NCBI GenBank assembly: GCA_002633005.1
Contig: NMRA01000638.1
Span: forward strand, 1-64,000
DNA: 64,000 bases
Reading direction: 5' to 3'
DNA from: Phoronis australis
Taxonomy: Eukaryota > Animalia > Phoronida
Positions 1 through 13,514 of this stretch are shown piece after piece. The notes under the pieces were generated by a model, which worked only from the letters and a program-made list of their open reading frames with translations, was not told the origin of the DNA and ran no database searches. Numbering within the stretch: the first letter of the stretch is position 1; every line of letters starts with the position of its first letter. The position numbers and the translations under genes are program-made.

Positions 1-3000
1 ACTGGCAAACACCCTCACGTTGACATCATTAATGTGTTCCGAGAAACAGTATACCCATAAGCTACAAAACACACAACGTGCCAAGAAATTTATCTAACCA
101 TCGGGAACTTTATTTTGCTGATGTATAGATTACAAATATGGTTTAGTCTAGCGATACACTGAAGTACTAAGTCTGGGCATTAACATAGCCGTGGGTGCAC
201 AACAGGGCTACCTCTTGAATAATTCTGACTACACCAGTGTTGCTATGGAAATAGGTTACTAAAGACCCAACTGCCATTCAAGTTGCACATTCCCTGCCTT
301 GTGAGAGCATAAACCATTATGAAATTCACACCTGGGCCCTGGGTTTCAACTTTTTACTCAGAATTATTTTTATTTTCTATTCTAGTTTTGTTTAAACTTG
401 AGATAATTTTCTTTTATTCTATGTGGCTGCTTATTGATGGCAATTAATGATCCCAGCATTAGAGCTAAGAGTTCGAGTTAGAGATTTTGCTAAAAATACG
501 AGTTTTTACTCAAATTTTAGCTCGAATCTATTGGTCATTAAGTGCTATCTTGATCTCCCAAGAGAGTGGACTAGAAGTGACAAAAACAATTTCGAGTTCG
601 ATTTGGATTGAAAGTTTCACTCTAGAGGTGTATTCCCAAAACATGATCGCATAATTCCTTTTCAGGGTTTTAAATCAATCCATACAAGACTGGGCTGGAA
701 TCTGTTTAGCCCAAAAAGCATTTAAATACTATGTGGAAAATAATAAAACATCTGTATTAAACTGTGTTGAAAAAATGAACCCTTTGAAGTTTCTTATCCA
801 CAAATNAGTACACATGCATACTTGTCACTACCCACAGAAGTTAGGAGCATAAAAATACAGTCATAAACACTCAAACATAACCAGTCTAGCAATAGTTTTA
901 TAATGACTGGCATTGCTTTGTCGGCGCCATTCAGCAGTGCCTCTTCTGTCTCTGACTACCATCCTACAGTCGTGCAGAGTATTCAATTATTTCGGAGGGT
1001 GTTTGTTGCTGTGAAATTAGGATTATACACACTCTTTTGTATAGTCAGCAAGATAAAACCTCACCCTTTTTTGAGTTGGCACAGTGATTAAAACTGACCC
1101 ATTTTGGTGAGAGCCTTAATGGAAGAGTCAACTTTTCTGATAACATTATGCAAAGTTATTATTTACAGGGAATTGAATTTCAGCAAAAAGCTATCTGGGT
1201 GGTATTCTTTTTAAAACAACAAACCTCAGTTGCATATGAAACCTTCAGTGGTTTTGGTGCTAAAATGGATCATTTTGTACAGTTCCAACCAAAAAGTAAA
1301 TTTTTTTATGTGGAATTCATTTGGAAATTCACCCTTTCATGGTGACTTTTGCAATTCCCGAGTCACTGGTCAGAGTGTCACATTTGGTCATATGAAATCT
1401 ATGCAAGTCTCCTCTCTCCTGGACCCCGATTGGTCGACTGTTTCATTTTTTCTTTCCACGTTCACATGATGTCAAGTGTTGTAGAGTTTGCAACAATCAT
1501 CTATTAATATCAGTCTAATTGCAAAACAAGATCTCAGAACTGAGGTTCGCTGTAATCAAAGCATTCTGGAGTTAGACATTGTAAGCAAGCGAACTTAAAA
1601 AACCTGCCTCCTGTTCAGTAGCGCTAGGACCTCGCTAAAAAGCAAGACCTTGCGAGATTACGTGAGATATTGCCGTGTATCTTAAATGAGAACACATGAC
1701 TTTGACTAGGTTTTAGCTAGGTCCTAGCGTAGGTCCTAGCGTCTACTGAATGCACACCTGGTTCGTTAAAATAACTACTAGTTGCAAAAACATCTCACAT
1801 TTCAAAATTGGGAGCTCAGGGTACTTCAAAGATTTTAAGCTGGGTCACTAAACCCAACTTGACAGTTTCTTGTGCGTTACTTGGGTTGGATTGTTATCCA
1901 GGCAATAGTCACTCACTGGCAATCCAAAATTTGAGAACAAGTTTTAATGCCTGCTATTCAGTGAAAAATAGGTTCCTGTTATACAGTAGAAAACACTGGT
2001 TCTCAAAGTGGAGATGCCCTGTATGTTACTATTACCATTATGTTTTGGTCAGTGTTTTGAGCAACACGCTAGTGTTTCATTCTTGTGGTTATGATCTACA
2101 TAATACAGCAGTGATTTTAGTCAACATTTCGGTCTTTTCGAACAGTTTTTCAAAATTACAAATTTGACTCTTACTGAGGGGGCCTCCTCGTGGCAAGAGT
2201 TGGGCAGTGTGAAATGCTTCAGAACATTCGCACTGGCAAACACCCTCACGTTGACATCATTAATGTGTTCCGAGAAACAGTATACCCGTAAGCTACAAAA
2301 CACACAACGTGCCAAGAAATTTATCTAACCATCGGGAACTTTATTTTGCTGATGTATAGATTACAAATATGGTTTAGTTTAGCGATACACTGAAGTACTA
2401 AGTCTGGGCATTAACATAGCCGTGGGTGCACAACAGGGCTATCCCTCCTCATTGCAAATCCTTCCCCTGATAGAAACTCATTTCAGTTTTGTTCTTGCCT
2501 AGCTTCCCTGTCCTTGTCCCCTATTCATGCAGTGCTTCCAAGTTGCCTCACATTACAGTCATTGGTTGCCAACAAGTTTAGCAACCTCTTGAATAATTCT
2601 GACTACACCAGTGTTGCTATGGAAATAGGTTACTAAAGACCCAACTGCCATTCAAGTTGCACATTCCCTGCCTTGTGAAAGCATAAACCATTATGAAATT
2701 AACACCTGGGCCCTGGGTTTCAACTTTTTACTCAGAATTATTTTTATTTTCTATTCTAGTTTTGTTTAAACTTGAGATAATTTTCTTTTATTCTATGTGG
2801 CTGCTTATTGATGGCAATTAATGATCCCAGCATTAGAGCTAAGAGTTCGAGTAAGAGATTTTGCTAGAAATACGAGTTTTTACTCAAATTTTAGCTCGAA
2901 TCTATTGGTCATTAAGTGCTATCTTGATCTCCCAAGAGAGTGGACTAGAAGTGACAAAAACAATTTCGAGTTCGATTTGGATTGAAAGTTTCACTCTAGA

Positions 3001-3181
3001 GGTGTATTACCAAAACATGATCGCATAATTCCTTTTCAGGGTTTTAAATCAATCCATACAAGACTGGGCTGGAATCTGTTTAGCCCAAAAAGCATTTTTA
3101 AATGCTATGTGGAAAATAATAAAACATCTGTATTAAACTGTGTTGAAAAAATGAACCCTTTGAAGTTTCTTATCCACAAAT
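1..3181 (+). repeat. Near-identical direct duplication 1-805 vs 2232-3181 next to a single-N join
   Basis: Few SNPs; about 143 bp (2442-2584) are absent from the first copy; N at 806. Confidence 0.9.
1614..1750. mobile_element. Small palindromic MITE-like element
   Basis: TTCAGTAGCGCTAGGACCT ... AGGTCCTAGCGTCTACTGAA inverted arms. Confidence 0.5.
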
Positions 3182-3548
3182 TGTACCATTTTTCTAGCTG
3201 CTATTAACCCAACCTCTTTTTAGAATCGTCATGTAACAATATAAGATTGGTCTGGTACAAACAATGTTTTTTTTTGGCCAAATTCGTAGCAAAAATCACA
3301 AGCACTCACATGAACATTGGCATTGGATTTAGATACTAGTGTCTGATGTCAATCTTCATGTATCCGCTGGTGATTAGACTCTTGATCTCGTACTGTTCCT
3401 TACTGAGATTACATGTGGTATATTGGCTTCGGTTGAACTGATAGTTTGTTATTGCTCAACACCTGGTGCAATAACTATGGCTTTGAACAATAACAAAGTT
3501 TGAATTCTTCCAAGTCCACTAAAGAACAAGTTGAGACAGGGATATATA

Positions 3549-3756
3549 CAGGGCTTGGAATTTTCCTTTTTGTTTTTACTTCCTCTTCTTCGATTTCCAG
3601 CTTCTTTTTTATAATCATTTTTGGCTAACTTGATTCATGCAAAAACATTTATTTCAGTTTAATTTTACAACACAAAAATATTTCTCTCACACAAGCCTAT
3701 TTGTGAAATGATAGATCACTTGGAAAATTTTCCTCTTATAGTCACTCCAATTCCTG
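3549..3756. mobile_element. CAGGG-ended MITE with 6-bp TSD (TATATA)
   Basis: TATATA|CAGGGCTTGGAA...CTCCAATTCCTG|TATATA. Confidence 0.6.
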
Positions 3757-5640
3757 TATATAGTGGTAATTTGTTCAGATCTTAATTTATTCTTTTTCAC
3801 ATAAGACACATTTATAGCAACTTTAAGGGATTTAATTCGAAGGAAATCTGGAAGCTAGAAGACACCATCTGATAAGCGCATTCTGAAATAACAATTGTGC
3901 TTGTACTTTCCAAGATATTCAACTCACATTGTTAGGTATAGGGATAGGGTTCATTCCATCATCCTTGGGCTTTCAGAGTACCCTCCTAAAACCATTCCAA
4001 GGGGGTACTCCCACATGTTTATACAAGATACGACACTCAACTGGGTGATTTTTATCAAACAATTTCTCTTCAAAATGGTGCTTGAAAAAATCCCTACCAA
4101 AGCAAACGTTTTCCCATTAATACAACGGGTTTGACTATGGAAGTTAAAAACACTGCAAATGGTTTTAGTATGATACTTGTATTTTTAAAACCTTGGACAC
4201 CAGACTCATTTTTGACAACAGGAATGTCTGAGCCGACTTCTTCAAGCTTAATGGGTGAAAAAGACAGCTGTCCAAGAATTACTACAAAAGGATTCAGTTG
4301 TTAGCATTAGCTCTTATAAAAAGATTGTGCATTTAAAACATTAGGCTACAACTTTATTGAAGTCCAAACCTCGGACCACAAACATAATGTTTTTTTAGCC
4401 ACTGTCTAAATGGGTGGAGATTCTTCTAGTACCAGATATGCACAAAACTAAAGGTTGGGGCCCATTTGGAACACCTCTTGGGTATTTTTGTACCTACAAA
4501 TTTACCCTTGGAACATCTGGAGCACCTCGGCTATTTTCCTATTTACATGTACAAATTTTTCTTAGAAACACTTCAGGTATTTTCATAGCCGCAAATATCC
4601 TCTCGGAGATGAATGTTATCCAAAATATGGCAAGTCACTTGATTTTCAATCTTGACAATAATAGGCTAACTGAAGTCTGCACACATAGAGAGAGCGTTCA
4701 CCTATTAGGTGAAATTTGAGGTTATACGAAAACACCCGAGGTGTTCTGGATGCCCTTGGAAGTTGATGTTTTCAGTGCATGCTCGAACTTTATGGCCAAT
4801 CATTCTCCACTAAGTTTGATAATCACGCAGGTTAATTCACCTCGAATGAGAAGTTTGAGGTCCCGAATACACCCACGGTGATCTGAATGGCTTAGGACAC
4901 AAAAGTTGTGCGGGGTCCCACCTCAAAAAGGGAAATGGGGAAGAAAAAATAGTATGTCAACGAGGTGAGGGGTGTAGCTTGAGAATTTTGGCTACCTGGA
5001 GGGTCAAAAATTGTGTTGTTCTAGGAGGTGAAGACTGTGTAGGCTGCGAAGTGGTGGAAATTGGGTGCCAGCAGTGTCTACTGTAACACTGTACAAAGAC
5101 GGAATGGTGGAAGGGGGGGGGGGTGCGGCAAGGGGGCCATGGCCCTAAAATTCTCCCAGATTACATTTGCAGTTTGGGGGTGCAAATGTCTGACGGGCAA
5201 AATACTCTGCCCTTTCCCCTACCCCCCTCCCCCCTAACTCAAAATCCTGGATCATCACCTGCTGTAAGATCTTGCAGCAGGATCCAGGATTTCGGGACGT
5301 TTTCAATTCATAAAAAGCGTTCAAAATTGAAACTGAAAAACTGCCAAGTGAAAAGAGTGAAGCCATTGTTAATTCAGATTTATTTTCCTAATAAGTAATA
5401 GATAATTACAGGATTTTGCTTCAGTTATTTGGTAATATCACAATATATAAACAGCTACCTCACCAGAGAGTTCCCCCCGACCGCAAACGCGACCCAGTCG
5501 CAAAATAACTTTTTACTCTAGGGACACCTAGCGACCTGATAACATAATACTGGATGTCAGCATGCGCAGAGCAAACTTCCTGGTTAAAAACTGCCAGCTG
5601 ACAGCCAATGAAAACCATCGTTCTAGTACGCTGTACCTGG

Positions 5641-5741
5641 GCCTTCACAAGCAATCCGTGACGTCAGCTTGTGAGGCCCGGGAACCAGGTTTCCTGGTTC
5701 CCGGGCCTCACAAGCTGACGTCACGGATTGCTTGTGAAGGC
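5641..5741. repeat. Perfect 101-bp palindrome (49-bp arms, TTT loop)
   Basis: Arms 5641-5689 and 5693-5741 are exact reverse complements; flanked by TGG on both sides. Confidence 0.95.
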
Positions 5742-8476
5742 TGGATGCAATATGGGGTATTCGGAGAATTCTCCTCGCGGTGTCGCTGCTGTACTAGTGG
5801 TGATTGAATTGCGCAAGCGTGGCTGTCTGCATGTAAACAACTGGTAAAAGATGGGATTGTTATCAAAATACGTCGTCACGCTAAGCCTTATAACTGCTAA
5901 TTTCCATGGTGCAAGTCTTCGACAGGTGGCCACAAATTCCCAAAAGACCTAAAGTTACTGTATTCGTGGACAATTGCGGTCAAAATGGTCAACTAATTGA
6001 CAAAAAGTGTGTGGATGCTGAAGCCCTGTGTGTGCTCTATGACTATGCAGTTCCATTCGGAGACTACACAACATTACTTGGTATGTTTTTAGCAATCAAG
6101 TTTCTATCAACATCGTTTGGTGATGTTATCCCCACCAGTTACCCCACTGAATAACAGGTTTATTGAGTGGAACTAGTGTTTCTTTTAGGAAACTCACCCG
6201 ATGCCGGGTAGGCTAGCAGCACATATTCATATTGTCCTGGGTGGGAGTGCTCCCAAAATAAGAGGTGTATGGTACGTGATGCACAGGAGTCAAGGGTGAT
6301 TTTTTTGCAGCAGTTTCTCTTCAAAACCATGCTGTTTCCAATAAAATTCGCTGGATGTGTGAGTTTCCTTATTTTATCGCTGACTCCACCCCCAGGACTA
6401 CCAGATCAGTTATCGAATCAACATGAATAAGCTTTAATTCAGTAAATGTTGTAACATTGTATTGGAAAAAAAATTGACACCTAGAATGAATTTTACTTGT
6501 TGAGATCACATTTTAAGTGTCATGAAAAATACACATTGTTAAATCACTTTTAGCCTGTTTCACATGTTTTAATTCAGATATTAAATAAGACTTGGGTACA
6601 AATGTTATTAGTTTCTACACATAAACATGAACATGAAACGTCAAGTATGCTTTGTCTTACAAAAGTAGTTTTGTCTTGTCTTTTCCTTTACAAGTTGCTA
6701 ATATTTCTCCGACTATTCTGTTACAGGTGAGCGAAAACAACTGAAACCAACCGCCCGACCATTTATTTTACCTTTGGACAAAGTGAAAAGCAATCCTTCA
6801 GCAATAACCTGAGAGAATTGAACATAATTCAGAAATTAGCACTTGATATGCCTGATTATGGACTCCGTCGCACTGTTGTTTCTTTCTGTGCTTTTTCAGT
6901 TTGCCATTTGTTTTTAAAAACACTGATAATTGTTTATTCTAGAATCTTGTGCATAGCAGATTCTTATCCAGCTAGCTACAATTGAAAACATACAATAAGA
7001 CAATCGATGCTGTCACTGAATATCATTTCCCCATAATGTGTACCAAATTGAAAAGTTTTTACCAATAGTATAAAGCCTTTCTTCTGAAAGGAAAATTTAA
7101 TGTCACTCAGCTTTTGACTTTCATTTCACTGGGATGTAGTTTCAATGGCCTATAGAAGCGCTTGTAAAAAAGGCCCAGTTTCGAAACGTGGCTTTCTTTC
7201 ATGTAACCTCATTCAGCCTCAATAACATCCACAGTTAGACCCTTGAAGGTAAACACAGCAGCATATCCCTTAAATCGTTTTGAGCCCAAAATCAGACCCT
7301 TGAAGTAGACCAGAGTGTCATCAGATCTTCTTTAGCTTCAGTCCCTCATGTTTCTTCCAGGAAAGGAAATAAGCTATTGTCCACACATGACTCATTGCCT
7401 GTGAAAGGGCACCCTCACCAACAAGGCTTACTTGCGTAGCAGTCAGATATAGTTCATCTGAATACACAGACAGTCCACTGGCACATTGTCTTATGGTAAC
7501 TTAGTACTGCGATTCACATTTCTCCAGGGCCACTGACTTGTACATTGTGCCATGCAGCACTGCTGGTGTGGGGAAGTGCTGTGGGAACAGAACGGAGTAA
7601 CAAAGCTTGTCTATGATACAGCTTGAAGTGGCTTTAAAATGTCACTGAACCTGGAACGACTATTGAAATGTGAATAATTAAGTACTCCAGATTGGGTCAA
7701 AAACGTTATCTCTGTTGTTCAAAAATATATGGTGACTGCTCTACAGTTTCACATAAAATTAAATAATTGCTATTTTCAGAAACCAAGGGTGTATATAATA
7801 AGCATTGCATAAAACTGTGTCTTTATTTTTTATTCGTAGCCATAACAATTCTTTAAACGCATCACTTGTCTGCAAAATATACAAGCTTTTTGAGACAACT
7901 TCAAACCTTTGCTAGCCATTTTCAAGCCTTTTTAATTTTGATACTTTCAGCAATTTTAAACTCAGATTACAGGTTCGTGGGTCTGTCAAGAATACTTCTA
8001 GTCTAAGGTTGAGGGAACCATTTCTCAGACTTTTAATTTTTCTTCTAATAGAAGATATGAAGACTTGGGTCATTTAAAAATGATGATTAATCTGTCTGTA
8101 GTTTAAGAGTAATTACAAATCGTAATTCACCATCAAAAATGCAATTTTCACAAAAATGGCAGTCATTTGAATTTATAACAATTATAACTTGCAACATTTC
8201 AAGGCATGTTTTAAGACTATTCAGTCACTGTGAATTCAGAAAATGTAATATATTTTCATGGGTTTACAATTGATACAAGTAGCAAAACAGTTTCAAGAAA
8301 TCAACTTGAAGGGACTTCGTGAAGGTTAAGAATTATCTCACCATGCCGTTTTCCCCAAACATGTATTACCTGTAATTTCCACACATTCAGTTGTACCAAA
8401 TATTACAACCCCAACCCCCCATGCCAATCCCCCGCTAAGGACGTGAATAAGAAAATTAACAAAATGACTTACATAC

Positions 8477-9208
8477 CTTTCCTTAAAAATCGCTGTTCCT
8501 TTTCAAAGTCTTTGTTCGTTGCCTCCAATATTGAAAGTAGGCTTTGACAAAAGATCTGCACTGGATGGGAAGATCTTGTTGGTTAGCTGCAGTCAAATGC
8601 TAAAAACCAATTTTTGTCCATTCAGGGACGGTGCAGAAGCGATGCATATCTCCTCTGCACGCAGCGGGTACAAGCCCTCAAACCTAAAAACCAAAGGTTA
8701 CGTGAAAACAGACGTGATAGACTTCCATTTCCGACGTGTAATAGATTTCCAGAAGACATATGATAGGGAGTAAACAAATAGTCTAATGCAATGGATAATT
8801 GTCATGTACCCCGCTTTGCCATTGGGTTTGGATTGTAATCTTAACTCATTAACCTGTATCGAGTTGACAGCATAAACATTCAGCATTGATTGATGTAACT
8901 GTCACTGATAAACTGTAAGAAATCATTCCAAACAATAATAATGCTTTGATGTACGAAAAGATCCCGATTGCCACGTCAAGTATCGTATCATATATCACAA
9001 CAAACAAAGTATACCCGACTGGCGACTGCCTCGAAGTCGGCGGCGAGTACGGCCTCAGTTAACAGGCATCGGTAGAATAAGCATGGAATAATCGTTAAAA
9101 TAAAACAAACCTTACCTTTGTATAAGGTCGTGCTTACTTCCTCGCATAGAAGCACCCTTTTCACGCAATCTCAGATTCAGTTGGCACGGCTGCAAGCCAT
9201 TTCACCAT
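8477..9208 (-). pseudogene. Degenerate two-exon SAP-domain-like gene, probably a transposon accessory gene
   Basis: Exon ending at 9116 reads QLNLRLREKGASMRGSKHDLIQR|GTAAGG and splices in phase to TAG|FEGLY (8683-8477); stops and frameshifts follow; no in-frame start. Confidence 0.5.
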
Positions 9209-12032
9209 GTATTTAAAGGGCTCACGAAATCGAAGCTGTTAATCTATCACCACTAGTACACGCGCGCCCTCTAGTTATTGTAGATTTTCCGAATAGCCCC
9301 ATTGATAGTAGGGCCTACATAAAATATTACAGCCGTTGGCCGCCGGGGTGAACCATGAGCTGCCGTGGAGTCCGTCTGCTGGACTCACGGTTGTTGGCTA
9401 TAACGAGACACTGAAAAAATAAAATATCTCAAGAGAATAAAACCTGACATGTACATCACCATGAATAAGTCAAGCATAATTGAAAAATATAGTGATCATA
9501 TTTCAACCTAATTAAAATTATATTTTGGTTGATGGAGTTGCCAACATCTCGCCGGGGCGGAAAGGGCCCAGTTTAGCAGCTGCTTTAAAAGCTAGCTGGT
9601 GTGGTGTCAAAGTCACATGGCACATGCACATGCACATACTTGACAAGTATAGGCCTATGTAGTTCTGTACCAAGTTGTACCAAGAGCCTGAGCGTTTCGT
9701 TAACGAACTCGATGACGTCGAATGAATGAACTAAATGATTGAGCGTATTAACAGATGTATTCGTGAGTTACCCCGTCAAAAATGCAGTGGAGTAGGCCTA
9801 TACTCAGTGGACTTTAATTAGTATACTGGACATGTAGCAAAGTAGCACCAAATTATATCGAGTAAACCTATGGAGATCCCTTGGTCAGGTTAATTACACA
9901 GCAGTTCATTGGAAAACTATTCATGTGTCTTCAAGCGCCAGATAACAAACTATTCGCCTATTGCCGGTGACATGGGCGACGCAGCCGACTGAAATAACTC
10001 GGAAGTGTGCCTATACGTAGCCATAGATCATCGATGCTATAGCCCCTCTCAGCCTGAGACCCTTATGTGCCGATGGCCATGTGGTAAGCCTCAAGACAAT
10101 GGCAACCCAGACTGGCCAAAATCCCAATAGAATATTTCAGCCCATTCCCTCACCCGGCTTACTAATTCTTCACAACATTGGGCCTCAATTTTGGTTCCTA
10201 CATTGTACGGGGTTTCTTGAAATATGATGACAGCCGGTACCATTGAAGTATGAGGCAGAACTTAATGAGAAATGTGACGTATAATAGTTTATTTCATTAC
10301 GTTTCTGGTTTTGACAAACCGTACACCTGCTTTACCATAAACTCTCCTTAAAAGCGTATTGCTCTTTCTACACCAATGTCCATGTCCCTTTTTCCCTTTA
10401 CAGATATCGGGAAGCTTTCGAAATTACCTTTTCACGGTCACGGGTTTATATTTGAAACATCAAAATGTAGAAGTAATTATTATATTTTCTTTACACCCTG
10501 GGACTAGCGAGAATTGGTGAATCTGTCTTTTCCGATGAGCAGGACTGGGACTGGGACACACTGGGCAATAAATCAGAGACACTTTGTTCAGAACGTTACG
10601 CTATTTCAGTACAATCGTCTACAATGGAAAAAACATTGGGAAAAGCCAGAATCGTTCTATTTTTGATTCTCTACAAAAAATGAAGTAACGCAACCTGTCA
10701 TTAATCATAGGGGAACTTTTTACTAGTAGGTAAAAATCTGTTCGAATACTGGAACATGGCACTACGACCCAGGCTTAGAGAACCGCCCTTATTATATGCC
10801 ATTGAGTTGGTAGCAACTTGGGAGGAATCACTTTACGGTTTTTAATGATACAAGCAACAAAAATTTCTTACCATTTGCACGTTTTCGTCCATCCTGATCA
10901 ACGTGTTACCAATAGCGGAGGCTGCGGATCATCTGTGGAATTTTATTTCTTTATTCCTTTTTTTTCTTCCCGCTTCACATACATTTTCGATGAAATCACT
11001 AATCTATTGAATTAAAAAATATTAATCTTAGAGCGGTAACGGAACTGAAGTCCCAAAGGATTTAACGTAGCTGATATGCACAGACAATTAACTCATTCCA
11101 CAAGAGCACCAAAAGGTCAACTCTAAAGTCAAATGCATGTTCATACATCCTGCAGAGTTAAGGAATCATGAAAAAATTTTGGCCCCAAAATAGCCCATTT
11201 TGGTTCAAAAAGGTTCAGTTAGGGAAGTTGTTGAAACCTTCCCAGTAAAACTACGAAAAACCGCCAACAGTTTTAAACTGAAAAAACAAACAGTGTTTCT
11301 AAAGTACCTAACTTGCAAACTAAATATATGCAGACGTACTACGTCTACGCGTACGTTTCTGTGCCGAAAAGCTGATAAAATTTGAAAGAACCAATGGGGT
11401 GCCCCTATATCCGAAGGAACTCTTTCAAGCATGGTTTTAGTGCTCGAGGTTGTAGACGTTTCGCGTCATCTGGATGAGGAGAACGGGTCCTGTGAGGAGG
11501 CCGCATTCCTAATTCATGCACTGATGCTACTTGTTAATTAAAAAACAAAAAACACCGCTCTCCACTTTCTCAATCGCAATCCCGTTCAAGCAAGCGAAAT
11601 CATGGTGGAGACAGCTTCAAAAGAAGAATTATCTTCCATCCCTGAGGGCGCTATTCGGCGTTATGCGAACTGTTAATTTGGAAAAGAATACTAAGATTTG
11701 ACGCATACCTTTCAAGCCCCCCTCCCTTCAGATACGTGGTACAGTGTATAAATTTAAGGCATGGTATTTTTTCCCACCACTGGTGAGGATCAGAACACTG
11801 TAACCAGAAGAGAGAAGAATGCCTATCTTCTGGCACTGAGTTGATTATATTACAGTAGAGATGTTGAAGTCTGGGAACAGTTACCCAACTCGGGGTGTTA
11901 AGTCGACACGGAGTGCCACATATTCTGTTCTCCAACAACGGTCCCCAGTTTGCGTTGCGTGAATTCCAGGCATTTTCTGCAGATTGGAAATTTGAGCAGG
12001 TCTTCAACACGGCCTCAAATTAATAATGAAGC

Positions 12033-13514
12033 CACGTGCGCACTCCACCCAGCCTTTGATATGGGGGGCTCGAATTTCCATCGATGTGTACCTTTCACTA
12101 ACAAAAAGCCGAATTAAGGACTAAAATAATAACAAAATGGCCACTAGATGGCGCAAAATAGATCGAATCTGGCTGAAAACCAGAAAATGTCTTCGTTTCT
12201 TTAAAAGAAAGCCACTTACCAAATTTCATTGAAATTTGTCTAGGAACTTCAGAGAAACAGAGGAAAACGAAAAAAAAAAGAAATTGCCACTAGGGGGCAG
12301 AGTGTTCTTCGGATCTGTAAAAAGTCGTCTTCTCTTGTTAACTTCACATAAATACAGGTGATAAACTTAATTAAGAGGGCTTAGGAGATGAGTGAGGTAT
12401 GGATGCAAAAAAAAAACACCACTAGGCGGCGCCACAGCAGTCAAAGTCATCGGAAAATTATTGTCAACCGTCCCCTTCATAGAAAGAACATACATGCCAA
12501 CTTTCACTATCATCCTTAGACTCCCTTAGAGTAGTTTGGTTGGCAGAGGGACGGACACCAAAACACAGAATCAAAAATAACAAAAATGGCCACTAGGTAG
12601 CACAAACTATGTCGAATCCATCTGAAAAAGGGAGGATAGCGTCATATCATTAATAGATGTCTATAATTTTATAGAAATCCGTTGAGGACCTTTGACGATA
12701 CGGAGATAAACGTAATTAAATAATATTGCCACTAGGGGGCACAGCGGTACACTGATCTGTCCGGAAGTTGTCGTCGTCTTCATATAAATGCATTTGTTAA
12801 ATTTAATAAAGATCCTGTAGAACGTTTAGGAGATACAGCCATGGCGCAAAAACAAACAAAACTGCCACTTGGGGGCGCCACAGTAGTCGGAAAATCATCG
12901 TCAACTGTCTTCATCACAGTACGGACATACATGCCAATTTTCACAATCATCCATAGAGTGGTTTGGTTGACAGAGGGGCAGACGCCAAAAAACGACTCGA
13001 AAATAGCAATAATGGCCACTAGATGGCGCAAAATGTCTCAAATCCATCCGAAAACGGGAGGATAGCGTCAACTCATTAATAGATGTCTATGTGCCAAATT
13101 TCATGAAAATTGGTTAAGGACCTTTGAAGATACAGAGGCAAACATAAAAAACTAAAATTGCCACTTGGCGGGGCACAGCGGTAATCGGGTCGGTCCGAAA
13201 CTCGTCGCCCTCTGTGGTAAACCTCATAGGAACATACCTGACAAATTTCAATAAGATTCTGCAAGGGGTTTAGGAGATACCGTACAGCCGCGGACGCCCC
13301 GAGATGACGGCAATATGCGACCACATATAAATATGTGGGCGCATAAAAACAGAGTACCACGTCCAGAGCTATGAATTGTGTGTTTGCGCCTTTTTAGTGG
13401 ACTTTTTGTCTCGTTTTCTCGGACTTTGTGCTTCTCTGAGGCGGGCCTTTTTGTCCACCTCGCCAAATGGGGGGCTCATTTGATTCCCCCCGAGCCCCCC
13501 TGGGTACGCGCATG
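12033..13514. mobile_element. GC-rich MITE inserted in the gypsy integrase, itself containing H1 copy 1
   Basis: Imperfect inverted ends CACGTGCGCAC / GTACGCGCATG with G/C runs; the integrase reading resumes on either side. Confidence 0.55.
12098..13349 (+). mobile_element. HINE-like (Helentron-associated non-autonomous) tandem-array element, family H1, copy 1; 5' end uncertain
   Basis: Monomers of about 130-170 bp with a GCCACTAG.TGGCGC core; 3' hairpin TGCGACCACATA-TAAA-TATGTGGGCGCA followed by TAAAAA. Confidence 0.75.

Noticed and set aside
9960-10700. Exon-like GC-richer islands on +
   Set aside because: No consistent phase, ORF or recognisable family.
12098-13349. CRISPR-like look of H1 arrays (conserved short motif with variable intervening sequence)
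   Set aside because: The intervening segments are over 100 bp and homologous to each other, there are no cas genes, and the context is eukaryotic. This is a tandem array.
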